From Malacoraja senta (taxonomy: Eukaryota), in NCBI GenBank assembly GCA_038087875.1, contig JAXLNO010005352.1:62001-126000 (forward strand): DNA of 64,000 bases. Direction: 5' to 3'. The translations under genes and the position numbers were made by a program. The first letter of the stretch is position 1; each line of letters starts with the position of its first letter. The notes under the pieces were generated by a model. The model did no database searches, was not told the origin of the DNA, and saw nothing but the letters and a program-made list of their open reading frames with translations. This document shows, one piece after another, positions 51,381-64,000 of the stretch.

Positions 51381-51844
51381 ATGCATTAACATTTAAAAAC
51401 AAATTAATTGAAGAGAAGTTTTGCATTGGAAGGATGTGATTACACAAGAGAGAAATTGGAGAGAATGGGTTTGTTTATCCTGGAATGGAGGAGGCTGAGG
51501 GATGACCTGATAAAGATATACAAAAATGAGAGCGATAAACAGGGTAGAATGTATAAATCTTTTTCCACTAAAGCTGTTCCAGCTAAAGCACCCACTCAAA
51601 GTTTTGCTCCTTGAACTTAGCAGTGCCTTGACGGACATTTTGAAACAGGGAACTTCTTTCAATGATCAATAACTGGCCTTTCAATTTGATTAACTGAAGA
51701 GAAATTATAGTAGTTCAAGCTTCACATTTACACGACCTCTCAATCGTGAGCAATGATCAAAAACAATTTTAACGTTGTTCACAATATCTTTGAAGCAGTC
51801 CTATATAATATTTCTCAACATAAATTACGAAGCTTTGACAATAT

Positions 51845-52063
51845 GTGTAGGAAGGAACTGCAGATGCTGGTTTACATCGAAGATAGACACAAAATGCTGG
51901 AGTAACTCAGCGGAACAGTCAGCATCTCAGGACAGAAGAACGTTTCGGGTTGAGACTCAAAATGTCACCCATTCCTTCCATCCAGAGTTGCTGCCTCGAC
52001 CTGAAATGTCACCTATTCCGACTTGCTGCTTGTTTCTGCTGAGTTACTCCAGCATTTTGTGTC
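51845..52063. mobile_element. Fold-back Penelope-derived element
   Basis: gacacaaaatgctggagtaactcagc ... gctgagttactccagcattttgtgtc inverted arms. Confidence 0.75.
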
Positions 52064-53379
52064 TTAGCTTTGATAATAGCTTTGAATATGTATCAACAGG
52101 TTCCAGGTTAAAAAAAAACCTCTGAAATGCTAATAAAAAAGCCACTATTGCATCATGTATAAATGTATGATATAGTAGCAAATGCAAGTTGCACCTTACT
52201 TCCAAAATTCGACTACAAAGGAAAAAAATTGTGGAAGAGACGACAAAGGGCAGATGTGACCACCACTGATAGGAGTGGGTGAAATCCTACTCCAAATAGT
52301 CCAAAGCAGCAGTGTTTTGTTTCTTATGTCTTGTCTTTCAAAAATAATACAAGAACAGAACAGAGAAGAGGGATCTACGAAATGCAAATCATTGTGGACA
52401 ATTGTATCATTGCAGAAACCATTTCTTTCTTCTGATTATCTAGAATGGGTACTTTACAAACAGTTTTCACGAGAATCTTACAGGAATTTGCACACGTGTA
52501 CTTTAAAGCTGCAAAGAGGATTAGTTTCTTCACCAAAACTATCTCTATAATTTTCTGATTATGTCCACATCTATTTACTGATGTTAACTATTCACTTTCG
52601 TTCATAAAGTGACACGCAAAAATGCTGGCGATTACTGAAGGTTTAGAATAACACGAGTACTTGAAGGGCATTAACATACATTAGCCGACTGGCATTTAAG
52701 TCACTTCAAAGAAAAGTGCATTGAACTAATCATTTACAAAAGATAAATATGGCAAGCCATTAACCATGTTTACAAATCATTCTAATATTTACTTATATCA
52801 TTACTTGCTCATCTGCAGGTCTTATCTTTCATTTATTCAAACAAAATTGTGCATTTTGACTGATAATTAATCAGATAAATTTTGGCCTTTTTTGATCTCA
52901 CTGCACTGCGATAAAACCTTGAACTATATTAGTTTGGAGATGTTCCTTCATTAACTGATTGTTACCTTTGGATTTGTGACAAACACGTGGCATCACTTTT
53001 GAAGAAAATGGCTTTGATGATGCATTTATCTACAAACCGCCACAATCCACAATGATACCAGATCTTGCATTATTTTCAAAGAACAGCTACTATTGTTTGA
53101 CCATGCAAACTCCGACGATGGCTATCATAACTTTTGTATATTCGCAAGCACCTTAAAGCCAATGACGCAGAACTTTTGAGCATTATCCCTGTTGTAATTT
53201 AGGAATTATAGCAGCTAATCTGTACATAGCAAAGTCTCGTGAACAGTAATGGAAGAATTAGTTTTTCCCCTGAAAGGTAAACCAGCATTAGTAGAGATAC
53301 CACAAGGAACCAGGTCCTTCAGCCCACAAAGTCCATGCTGTCCTTTAATCATCCATCCATCTATCAATCAATCAATCAA

Positions 53380-53881
53380 TCTATATCTAATCTTATATAT
53401 ATTATATATTTATATTATATTACTAAAACTCTTGTTTCTATATTTCTGCTACGGCTGCAGTCTACAGCCAGGAATGGGATGAGTACGAGAACCAGGCCAA
53501 GTAGGCGGTGCTCTAGGACTGGGTAGCTGGGGTTGCCTCCCAGGTTATTCACCCCCCCCCACTCGGGTTATTCACCCCCCGGTTATTCACACACCCCCGC
53601 ACCCCCATCCCCCCCTGCCTCAAAAAGGCAGTCAACACCCCCCTCCCTCTCTACCGTCTCCCCTCCTCTCTATACCCCCCTCCCTGCCCTCCTCCCTCTC
53701 TGCACCCCCTCTCCTGTGATGCCACGAACCCCCCCCCCCCCACAATCTCTACCCCCCTCCCTCCCCTCACCCTCTCTACTCCCTCCCTCTCTCTAACCAC
53801 ACCTGCGCAGTTGGGGGCTATGCGTGAGTGGATACGGCGGGGGATGGGGGAAAAAGGAGCAAAAGAATAATATTAATATAT

Positions 53882-53930
<49 letters not shown>

Positions 53931-53989
53931 CGTGTGACGCCGCAGGACGCGTTGGGGTGATGGGACCCGACGGGTCCCACTTGGTCTAG
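53380..53989 (+). mobile_element. Non-autonomous Helitron-like element, followed by a second related 5' end at about 53990
   Basis: 5' tctatat...tatattactaaaactc; subterminal palindrome TGGGACCCG-A-CGGGTCCCA (53961-53979); 3' CTAG|T; no TSD; internal (TG)n at 53884-53925. Confidence 0.7.
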
Positions 53990-55826
53990 TATATTACTAA
54001 AACTCACATCTTGTTTCTATATTTCTGTATTTGTACGTAACTATATTTGTGCAAAAATGGTACACGATAGCGCTACAATTTTTGCACCACCTTACTCAGC
54101 ATTGTCCTGTGATCTCAATTAAACAAATTTTGTTCAGATTGATGGTATATTTTACATTACTGACATTTAAAACACTTTAAAAAATAAAAATTAAAAAAAT
54201 AAAAACTTGCCCTGCCCATCACCAGTGCCCATTTAAAAAAAAAAGCATAGTGATTTTCATTGTGGGGGGTGGGAGGGGGATTCATTTGGAAAAAAAATGA
54301 TTTTCATGGGGTGGGGGGTTCCAATTACATTTTTAAAAATCACAAACGAAAAACTCCAGTTTTAAAAAGAACATCGTCATTTTAATTTTGGGGTTGTGAT
54401 TTTTAAAAAATGCAGTTTTCATTGTGGGGAGTGGGATCGGGGGGAGGAGAGGAGGAGCGGGGGGGGGGATACAAGGAGAGGAGGCCACAAATACATTAAA
54501 TTTACCATTATCTGTCCATCCTTAGCCGTAACCTTTCAGCTCATGGTCCTACGATAACAGATTGTATTTAAGAGTTGTCATTCCATTATAAATTTAGTGC
54601 TCCCCGAGATAAGATTTTTCAATGGCTTTCTCTTTAGCTCGAACAGTGAGCCACTCTTGTCTACAAACAGAATACATGCATGCCTTTTCAGCAATTAAGA
54701 AAGACAAAAGCCTCTTACTTGGTAAGAAGAGCCTCTTACTTCTTCTAGCGCGGAGAAGCGCTAACAGCTGACGGTCCCCGGCCCGTTGGGGAACGGGATC
54801 CTCAGGAGTTGGAGCAGAGTTGAGCTAGAGTTAGCGGTTTTTCTCTGTGCTGGATTTAAGCCTGGGGTCGCCACTGCTCCAGGCCTGTGTCCCGTCAGTC
54901 CAGGGCTGTCGGTTAACCCGGCCGGGCAGGCAGAGTTGTGCTGGAGTTAGCGCTTTTTCTCCGTGCTGGCTGTAAGCCTGGGGCCACCCCGACTCCGATC
55001 TGGTGTCCCTGTCAGTCTAGGGTTATCCCGGACATCTCTAGCCGCCCCCCCGGACAGGGATGGGACACTCGGGAGGGGACGGGGACAGTCCAGTAGCAAT
55101 TGAACAGCACCGGAGACCCGGTTCGATCCTGACTACGGATGAAACGCAGGATGCCTCTCCGCCGGTCCAGTCTCTCCCCGTCTCCCAATCTGACCTCTCT
55201 CTCGCTGTTACACCCCGCTCTCCCACTACCTGGCACCCCCGTTCCTCAGATTAAATATATTTTTGCACATAAATTATGAATAAAGGTAAAAATGTATACA
55301 GTTTATACAGCCAGCACTTTGTTCGCTTTTTCTTTATCACGAATGACCTTTGACAAATCCCATGATTCCTTGCGTTTTTCAGAATACTGAACTCACTTAT
55401 TGGCCGCTATAAATTATCCCTCTTCTGTAGCGAGAAGAGGAATCTGGGATTAAACTGACGGGAATGTAAACATAGGAACACAGAAAATAGGTGCAGGAGG
55501 AGGCCATTTGGCCCTTCGAGTCTGCATCGCCATTCAATGTAATCATGGCTGAATGTAAGGAGAATAGGTTACTTGGAAAATTAGCGGGAGAATAAAGCTA
55601 CTCTGTAAGTGTGCACAGAGTAGCCACTTCAGGCCATCAAGTCTCCGCCATGGGGAAGTACGAGGAAAACATGAACCACATGCACAGTTATGCCAAATCA
55701 TTATCCCCCAATCACTATTAAATGTGAAATTTTCAAGATTATCCTATGTGAATTATACATTCCACAAAATACTAGTACGTTGAACAATAATCAAAAATGT
55801 TTTTAGATAGAATACAATGATATGGG

Positions 55827-56938
55827 AATTAATAAAAGTGCTGATGCATGGATTATTTCAGTTCAATAAAAGAATATTTTTATTTAAAAGCTATTTGTTG
55901 TCACTTCAATAGGATGATCACTTAAAAAAAAAAAAACATTTTTTTTTAAAGCTAGCCAAAAGAGCAACAGCATTAACTATAACTTTACATTCAAATAATT
56001 TTTAAAAATCCAGAATTCATTGTGAAAAACACATACCTCGATACTTTTTGAACTGAGCTTTCAGAAACCTGTCATAATGGTTTGTGTCTCATAGTAAAAT
56101 GGCACACTTCTGTACAGGTGTTCTTAACTTTATTACGCTTTCACACCTTGTTAACGCACAGCAACTATTTAAACACAAACAGCTAGTAAAAGACTCCATT
56201 TCCTACCAATTTGCCTCCCCTTTTCATAGTACTTAGTCCAATTTGGGTTGTCTTTCAGGCCCACCCTGGCCTGTATAATTTTATTGCACCCCGGGAGACC
56301 ATCATTAAAGCAACTTTCCCATGCATGGGCAGAAAATACTGGGGGGAAAAATTAGCTCCACTCCAACTCTTACTCAGCTGTTGTTGTTCCCTCCCACTGA
56401 AAACTGATCGCAAAACTCTGTATTGGCAAACTAAATCTGGACCAAAACTTAGTACAGTGTAACTCATAATTAGCTATTAAAAACACACCTCTAACTGCAG
56501 CATTTGCTTTCTTATGTGTTTTCTCCATTAACCCTCCTGCCTCCAAAAGCAACTGAGTATCTTTTACCAGCCTTGGCAAAGCTTAATTCTGAAAGTGACG
56601 TTCCTCGTGAGGGCTTCCTTTTCCTATTTGTTGTCATCAGTCGGGCATCAGAGCCAAAACCAATCCTTCCAATTATGTCAGCCTAATTTTCCAGCAGCAG
56701 ATCAGGCGAGTCAAACTTAAATGTGTATTCCACAGATATCTGAAGGGTAAAGTTACAACCCATTTTAGGCCACTCCATTAAATAAACAGTTTATGCTGTT
56801 GTTCTTTGGGCAAGCTTGATTTAAGTTTTTTTTATATTTCGATCATCCCATTGAAGTGGGAACAAATAGCCTTTAAATAAAAATATAATTCTTTTTATTA
56901 AACTGAGATAATTAATTGCATCAGCACTTTTATTAATT
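55827..56938. repeat. About 95-bp inverted repeat pair (55827-55920 / 56841-56938) enclosing about 920 bp
   Basis: The outer 22 bp, AATTAATAAAAGTGCTGATGCA, are a perfect inverted match; the rest aligns with scattered mismatches. Confidence 0.85.
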
Positions 56939-57520
56939 ATAATTAATTGTATGGGTCATTTTGGTAACTGGACCCAAGGAAAATACATTGTCCTCAGTGG
57001 GAGTGTAAAATGATCACAGGACAAGGATTTAAGTAAAGGGATTCAATTAAGGATTGCATAAATTAGGAATTTCTTGGTTGGCTTTTTGTAGGTTAAGAAC
57101 TCATAGGATAAAAATTTTCAGGATAACATAATAGAAAACGACAAATTAATTTTACTGGCTGGAGGATCTAAAACTAGAGGGTATAGTTTAAAAATGAGTT
57201 ATGCTTTTCTGAGTGGAGTTAGGAAATACTTGTACATGTAAACGATGTTGATAGTTTGGAACAATCTTTCGTTTAATTGATTGATTGAAAAATTATTACG
57301 TTTGGGGGTAATGATTCCTCTTCACAGCATATAACGTAATATTCGATAGTAAAGCAGTAGCATGTGAAAATAATGGTATTTTTCAATAGAAATGATTTGC
57401 ACCATGTAATACATTTCCTCTTCAGTTAGTTTTGGCAAGTGAAGTGTGTTTTGAAACAAGATATCTAGATCTATTTTTAAAATACAGCTGAAATCTGAAT
57501 AATTCACACCCTGCCCAATA

Positions 57521-57823
57521 GTTTAGTTTAGAAATACAGCACGGAAACAGACCCTTCAGCCCACCGAGTCGGCACCGGTGGGCTGAAGGGCACTATCATA
57601 CATACACTAGGGACAATTTTCATTTCTACCACGCCAATTAACCTACAAACCTGTATGTCTTTGGAGTGTGGAAGGACCAAAGATCTTGGAGAAAACCCAC
57701 ATGGTCACGGGGAAAATGTACAAACTCCATACAGACAGCACCACATTCGGGATTGAACCCGGGTCTCTGGCGCTCAAAGCGTTGTAAGGCAGCAACTCTA
57801 CCGCTGAGCCAATTTGCCACCCC
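57521..57823 (-). mobile_element. tRNA/V-SINE
   Basis: Antisense near-full copy. Confidence 0.88.
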
Positions 57824-60800
57824 TAGTCTTTTTTTTTTTTTTTAATTCAATAATTTGATTCATCAGTTACTATTTCCACATTTTTGGAAGTCCCATTGAA
57901 TAGATACAACAATCTCACACATTTGGATCTCATTGTTATCCACTTGGTCAATAACCTCAGTCCATGGAACATCTGAGATAGGCCCTTATTGCTCGACGAG
58001 GTTGCAAATAAACTCGCGACAATCAATGCTATTATTGCAAATGTCACGGCCGATCAAACATTTTTCACAAAATGGATTAGAGCTGGAAAACAGTTGCATT
58101 TATAAATGGGCATAGTCTGCAAGAACAGAGACAGAACTTATCTCCATCCACCAGCAAGAGAAACTCCTGGGGTTCCAGAGGTCAACAGGCAGTGACTCGA
58201 GCAAGTGCCTGAAGCAATCCATTCCATTTAACCCCCACCTGGAATTTTGTGAAAAGACTGAGGGAACAAACTGATTTGGCATATAATAAACCAGCTTAGA
58301 TTTTATACACGGAAGGCAAATTCCCAATAAAACAGTTTATCCAAGGTAAAATCAACAATTTATAGTAGGGGGAAAACCCCACCCAAATAAGGTCAAAAGC
58401 AATTTAAACAATTATCAATAAATATAGCAAATTCTGCAGCATGCTCTTCAATTCTGGTGACCATTCTGAATTCTGGCCATTCTGGTGACAAAAGCAGAAA
58501 CTAACTGAATATTAACTTTGACCCGTTATTATCAGACAGGGAAGTGAGGAAGCTAAAGGACAGGAATGCTTTATTTATTTATTTATTAGCCATTTAATTT
58601 TTGTGTTTTCATAATTATCTTTTCTTGTTTTTAATAATTTTCTAACATGATAATCGCACCACTTTGCTGCTGATCCATTTAAATTACAACTCCAACATCT
58701 GTATTTTATAGTTTTACACATTCGAATGTTACCATGTGAAGGAAAAACATTTTAAAAATGTGGACAGCCATTTATTGACAGGTATTCTGTTTATTTTAAT
58801 TCTTTTGATTTGAAACTATCTTAACATTAACAGTGTGAAGAAATGAACCAGGTGAAAAGGAGTCAGGTGATGGAGGTGTGATATGAAATGAAGGTCTAGG
58901 TACAAATGCATTAATTTTAGCTTGTTATATTAAATTAAACTTGTAGCTGTTTTGTTTCTGCTACAAGACAGGCATCAAGAGGAAATAAAGCAACAAAAAA
59001 AGATGCTGGAACAGAAACAGAACCCAATCAATGATTAGGTTTAGTTCCACACTCGCGTTCATTATCCTGGACAGTATTTTGCCTGGTTAAATGGTCAGCT
59101 GCCAGCCACCTGCTATGGCTGGAATGGCCACAGATGGTCAGTTGTCCAGTTAGCAGTTAAGAATGTGCTGTTGTTCCCACCTCACATGGGGATTGGGGCC
59201 ATTGACAGGGATACGTGCATCTCAGCTCATCACCAAGCAACAGTCAGGGGCCACAGCCAAACAGTGACCGAGGTCAGTCTTAATAATTCTGCAGTGACTT
59301 ATGCCAACAGATCACTCAGACTGAGGCTTTCAAATGTAATAACATTTGGGCATTCTTGTTCCTTTTTGTTACTAAAGGAAACAATTCTAAGTCTTGACTA
59401 CAGAGGATAAAGTCATAATAAATGCAGTTCTAAAATATATTCAAAATATATTGAAATAGACTGGGGAATTTAAATTTACTGTTACCAATAAAACTGGAGT
59501 TCCTGAAATTCACAAACATTTTGATCCCAGAGTAATCCTGGCCTCCATAACTAAGTATACTCAGAGTGAAGACGTGGTCTGGTGGATATTTCTGATAAGC
59601 CAACTCTGAGGCATGAATTTTGTATTTTTTCGGCTTTAATCTTCCAAATTTTTGAAAAAATATATTTTGGAAATTGGATAATTTATAATGATGCGAAAAG
59701 TTTTGTCACACACATAGGCTGGCATGCATGCTGAAAGCTGTGTCTAACTAGTGCAGAATCAAATTTTAGTTTGCACAATTGGTATGGCACAATCGGACAG
59801 AAGCCAGAAATAGGTATATACATGGCTCTGCACAAAGTAGGTTTCAGATCATTTCAGGAGGTCTGGAGGCAAAAATGCAGAACAACTGTGTTAAGGGATC
59901 GTGTTGACAGAGAAGGTTGTGTCAATAATTCACAACAGAAAGAAAAAATCTCTTCAGGAAGGTCCAACGTAAACAATGCATGGCAACACAAGAGGTCCCC
60001 TTTCTATGCAATATTTTTGTGATGCTAGATTTAAAGAGAAACAAACTTATTTTCACTTGTAATTTCTATGCTTAAAATAAGTTTTTAAAAAGGGCGCATT
60101 CACAATTTTAAACAGCGGTATTTACAAAAGGAAAGAGACTCTTTGACTCCATGCCTGTTACTGAGGTGGCAAATTCTTGTACCACACAGAAGAATGAATA
60201 GATAATGTTCTGACTCAAATCCTGTTACTATTAATAGAATCAAAGGAAAGGATTTAGAAGTTCTGGGCAAATTCACTAGTAAATTCCAAACTACCCATTC
60301 TGAACAGTACATATAAAGAAAATGTTGAATTTTTAGCCCTTACAATTGTACATTATACAACATTATGCACATGATTTATTCAAACTGTGCTTGTGCTTTC
60401 AGAACAGACATGACGTTTATTTTGTTCCAACTCATTTGAAGAAAGCTGGCCATTTCAACCATTTTTTAAAATGTTCTTAAGATTGGCAAAATAATTTAAG
60501 TTTCTCATCTCTGAATGTTGGCTAGGTTTCCCAGAACAAAACTATCAAGACTTTCTACCTCAGACCTTTTGAGTACCCTGTGTCAAGCAACTTGTTTGGT
60601 GTTAATAAACTTCACTCTGCAGCTGATCCACGGGGAAAATTAAATTACACCCTTCCCCCACCCTTGGGGACTCCCAGCACAAATGAAGGAAAAGATACTA
60701 TAAACAGAGTAACAGGCTGTGGAGATGAGAACAAGATTTCGAACCTCCAGCAGAGTGTAGAAAACAAAACTCAACATGCTTATTTCTGGAAAATAATTGA

Positions 60801-60938
60801 GTTAAGCTATTCCTTACCATAAGTAGCATATGAGAACTTTGAATTTGTGGAGACATAGGCACTAACATATAAAGTGTCTACACAGTGAGATGGCAAATAA
60901 ATCCTCAAGCCCATGAGCAATATCTGAACATTACGTAC

Positions 60939-61127
60939 CGAGCCCACTGATGGTGTAGTGGGAATTCTGCATGCCAAGTGTGATCGGCCCAGTTTCCTGC
61001 TGGCTCTCCTCCCTGTAGAAGAGTCTGTACCCCTGGATCTGCACGTCGTTTTCCTCCGCTTGCTTCCACTTTACCTTAATTGTCGTGCAGTTGAATGGCT
61101 CCAAACGCAGCTCTGGCGCCAAGGGAA
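60939..61127 (-). CDS. PRTG: Protogenin coding exon (FN3 domain; first exon in window, gene continues beyond the right edge)
   Basis: Acceptor ctccacAG|TTCCC, donor CTCG|GTacgt; 189 nt, phase 1/1. Encodes (V)PLAPELRLEPFNCTTIKVKWKQAEENDVQIQGYRLFYREESQQETGPITLGMQNSHYTISGL, matching vertebrate PRTG as recalled. Confidence 0.95.
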
Positions 61128-64000
61128 CTGTGGAGATGGAATAACATGAGTATTATTTAAGCCCGTACATTTTTGTTTCCTATTAGAATGTATTATTTCT
61201 AAAATACAACATTAAATATGATCCTTTATTTTTCTTCATGCATTAATCTATACTTTGTTAATTCTCATGCCTTCCTCCTCCAACCCCTCCTCTTTACTGC
61301 AACACCCTATGTAACTCTAATACAACAAATTAGTTTATTCTGTTAAGATTTCAATATCTTGAGTTTCACAATGTATCACAATTTCCTTTCATTACAGAAT
61401 GTTATAGGTAAATGCAAGTATCATTGTTAACATGTTATTTTGTTCATACCACGTTTACTGTCAGATTAAAATAATAAGTTTAAACAAGCTTACTGCATAC
61501 TTATTTTGGACTTTTCTGGACTGAAAAAAGGCAACCCATACTTATTACTATTACCACCAGAGTATCTATAGTCCCTGTGCTAATATTTAGGTTCAGCTGC
61601 AATAGGTTGATCTTAAAATAAATGTATTTCTTCAAAGAATTTAAGTGTCACATTTTACATTCCAAGAGCCAAGCTTATGTTCTCAATCTGCAATTTAGGG
61701 ATTTTTAAAAGTTGCCTAGTGTTTTAAAATCTCTACTTTGTGCCTTAGTTTCTGAACAAGTAAGTCATGGATTTTGTGCTGAGAAGAGCTCAAAATGGAG
61801 TTTTTAAAAAAAGAGTGCTGGAGTAAATGGCAGGGATGACAGATAGGAGGCTACACAAAAGCAAGACAAAAAACACGAGTGTAAGCAGAACTCAGGATGC
61901 ACTTTTTCCAAGTCTCGCTTTTCTTCTTTTAAGGGAAGGAATGCCGTCCACCCTGCTGTTGACTGCCCTAATCTGATGAAAACAACAGGCCTGGAGCCCC
62001 ACAGGGATGTGTCCTGCTCCTTGCCTGACAGCTCCAAGATTGATGGTTTAAGATAGCAGGCACCAGAATGAAATACTGGTGCTTTGACTGTTTATTTGGC
62101 TGTATCAGCAAACATAAACACACCCCATCTCTTCGTTTGTGACCAAACTGAATTATTCTTAGATGGATACCATTTACTAAAATCAAAAGTAAACAGTAAG
62201 ATATTCTTCCCCCCATCTTCCCATTAAACACAGCCTCATCTTTACTATCAGTGATAGCAGACTAATGCAAACCCTCATGATCCATTGATTTGGGGCCCAT
62301 CCTAATGTTACTGGCACAAGGGCAAAGGTCGCTAGGGGAACAGCAGCAACATCTTAACAAGATTATTCTGACAATCTCTTATGAACAACAGGCAGATCAC
62401 CAGATGCTCTACTTTGGGTTGCAAAATCATAATGCAACAATATTTAGCATTTTGATTAAAATAGGCATCGTACTAACCTAACCCAAACAGTCTGCCTAAA
62501 TACTACCTATAGATCAAGTTACTTCCATCTTCCTGCACCTCATAATACAACTCAAAACCTGTTCTCCGCTGAAATCCTGAAGTCCATAGTTTCATCATTG
62601 GTACCATTTTAAAATAAACATTGCTATTGAATCCAAGTTGTATCCTTTAGAAGATGATGCAATCATCAACAAGGAACATTAACAAGCCTCACCTTATGAC
62701 TTACAATATTATCCTGTAACACTTTGGGCACTTGTTACGAAAGGTAAAAAAGAAATTTAAAAAAATTTAGGGCTCTCACTATTTAATTGCAATTCTCAAT
62801 CTGAGTCGTTTACAGGAAAAATCATTTAAAAGTTCTATAAAGTACCTTCATTAACAGATATGCCCGTAGATTTTGTTTTCTTGATCAAGCTATTTCACTT
62901 TTAATGCTCCGACAATTGACTTAGACATGCATTTACTGAGGTGCTCTGGCCATTTTAACTGCCTGGTATTGATTCCATAATGAACGCCGCCTAACCCAGG
63001 GAGAATGATTTGGTGGCCAGCAGGCTTTTGCTAGGCACAGGCACATCAGGAGCTCATGGCAAACACGTCCAGCAACAAGCTTCAGTTGCAATTTAGATCC
63101 AGAGACAAAAAGGAAATGTGCCTCAGCAGAACACCTTTTAGGGTTTGATTCACGTTTAACATATTGAAATTCAAAGTATTTTTGGATGCACCTGCTCACA
63201 ACTTTACATTCTCTCCAAAAATATTAAAGTCACCAAAATAAATCAAAAGTGAACAAGTTTCTGATTGGGGAATGGAACCACCAGCAAGCTCTCCTTCTCT
63301 ACCCCACCCCACCCTAGCCCCTCAACCCAGCCCCCAGTTTGAAGGACCCAGTACAAGTTGCAAATTACCCTGTTATTGAATCTGTTTCATCTAGTTCAAA
63401 GTGCCCTTATTTCTCACTAGAATCTAGCAAGGATTACATTGCAGTTCCACAGCACACATTTGCATAGAGATAAGTTAAGTCAACAGAACTGAAATTCCTT
63501 TGTCCCGTGATCACAAAATGGCACTGATGGATGGTGAAGAGAAGTGTGGTCCTAGCAGTGTCCCCGGTCTGATAAAGGGGAGGGGAATGCAATGAGAGTT
63601 TCCATAACAGTGGTGGTGAATGAGGCACAATGAAACACTGCAATGTAAACATCAGACGGTGATTTCTTTATTTTGTCTAAAAATTGGAAGTTTAACAAAG
63701 AAAGATATATCACCTATGCTTTTCCTTGTGGGGACGGGCAGAGTTTTGGTTTGGGAGAATATATAAAAATAATTCATCCTTCTCAAGTCTACAGGCTAAT
63801 CTCAAATTAATTAAGAAGAATTGAATTAAGAATCTGCATTAAACAAAACTTAAATTCACTGAAAGCATCAAGACAGTTCTGTAATAGTTCGGTGGATCAC
63901 AAGAAATTTACAAGTATTTCCAATCAAATAAAATTAATTGAAATGGCAACACTGTGAAAGGAGCTCCCTCAGGAGCATTCAATCCAAACTTAGGTGTTTG

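Noticed and set aside
22175-61127. Assignment to IGDCC3, IGDCC4, DCC or NEO1 instead of PRTG
   Set aside because: Motifs [32 protein letters not shown] and GSHETGDSGR match PRTG as recalled; a reciprocal BLAST would confirm orthology.

Overview
Vertebrate genomic DNA; the repeat families suggest a cartilaginous fish (skate/ray-like; inferred). The window holds the 3' half of a protogenin gene (PRTG) on the minus strand. Ten GT-AG exons, all in consistent phase (1,790 coding nt, about 596 aa), encode the last FN3 domains, the TM helix and the cytoplasmic tail. They include a 27.9-kb intron (33070-60938) and are followed by a long, TE-poor putative 3' UTR (about 16.55-22.17 kb) rich in miR-9, let-7 and miR-125 seed matches. 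The rest is repeats: a 5'-truncated CR1 LINE, many tRNA/V-domain SINEs, Penelope-like fragments with minimal hammerhead motifs, and hAT-, Harbinger-, Tc1- and Helitron-like non-autonomous elements. Two items stand out. (1) A 137-bp TSD-flanked retroelement (8363-8499, minus) whose first 54 nt fold as a minimal, P4-less, CPEB3-like HDV ribozyme. (2) A split miR-9 site in the putative PRTG 3' UTR (18453-18487) pairing miRNA nt 1-9 and 10-21 perfectly across a 14-nt loop, a TDMD-trigger-like architecture. All calls were made by eye; no searches or folding programs were run.
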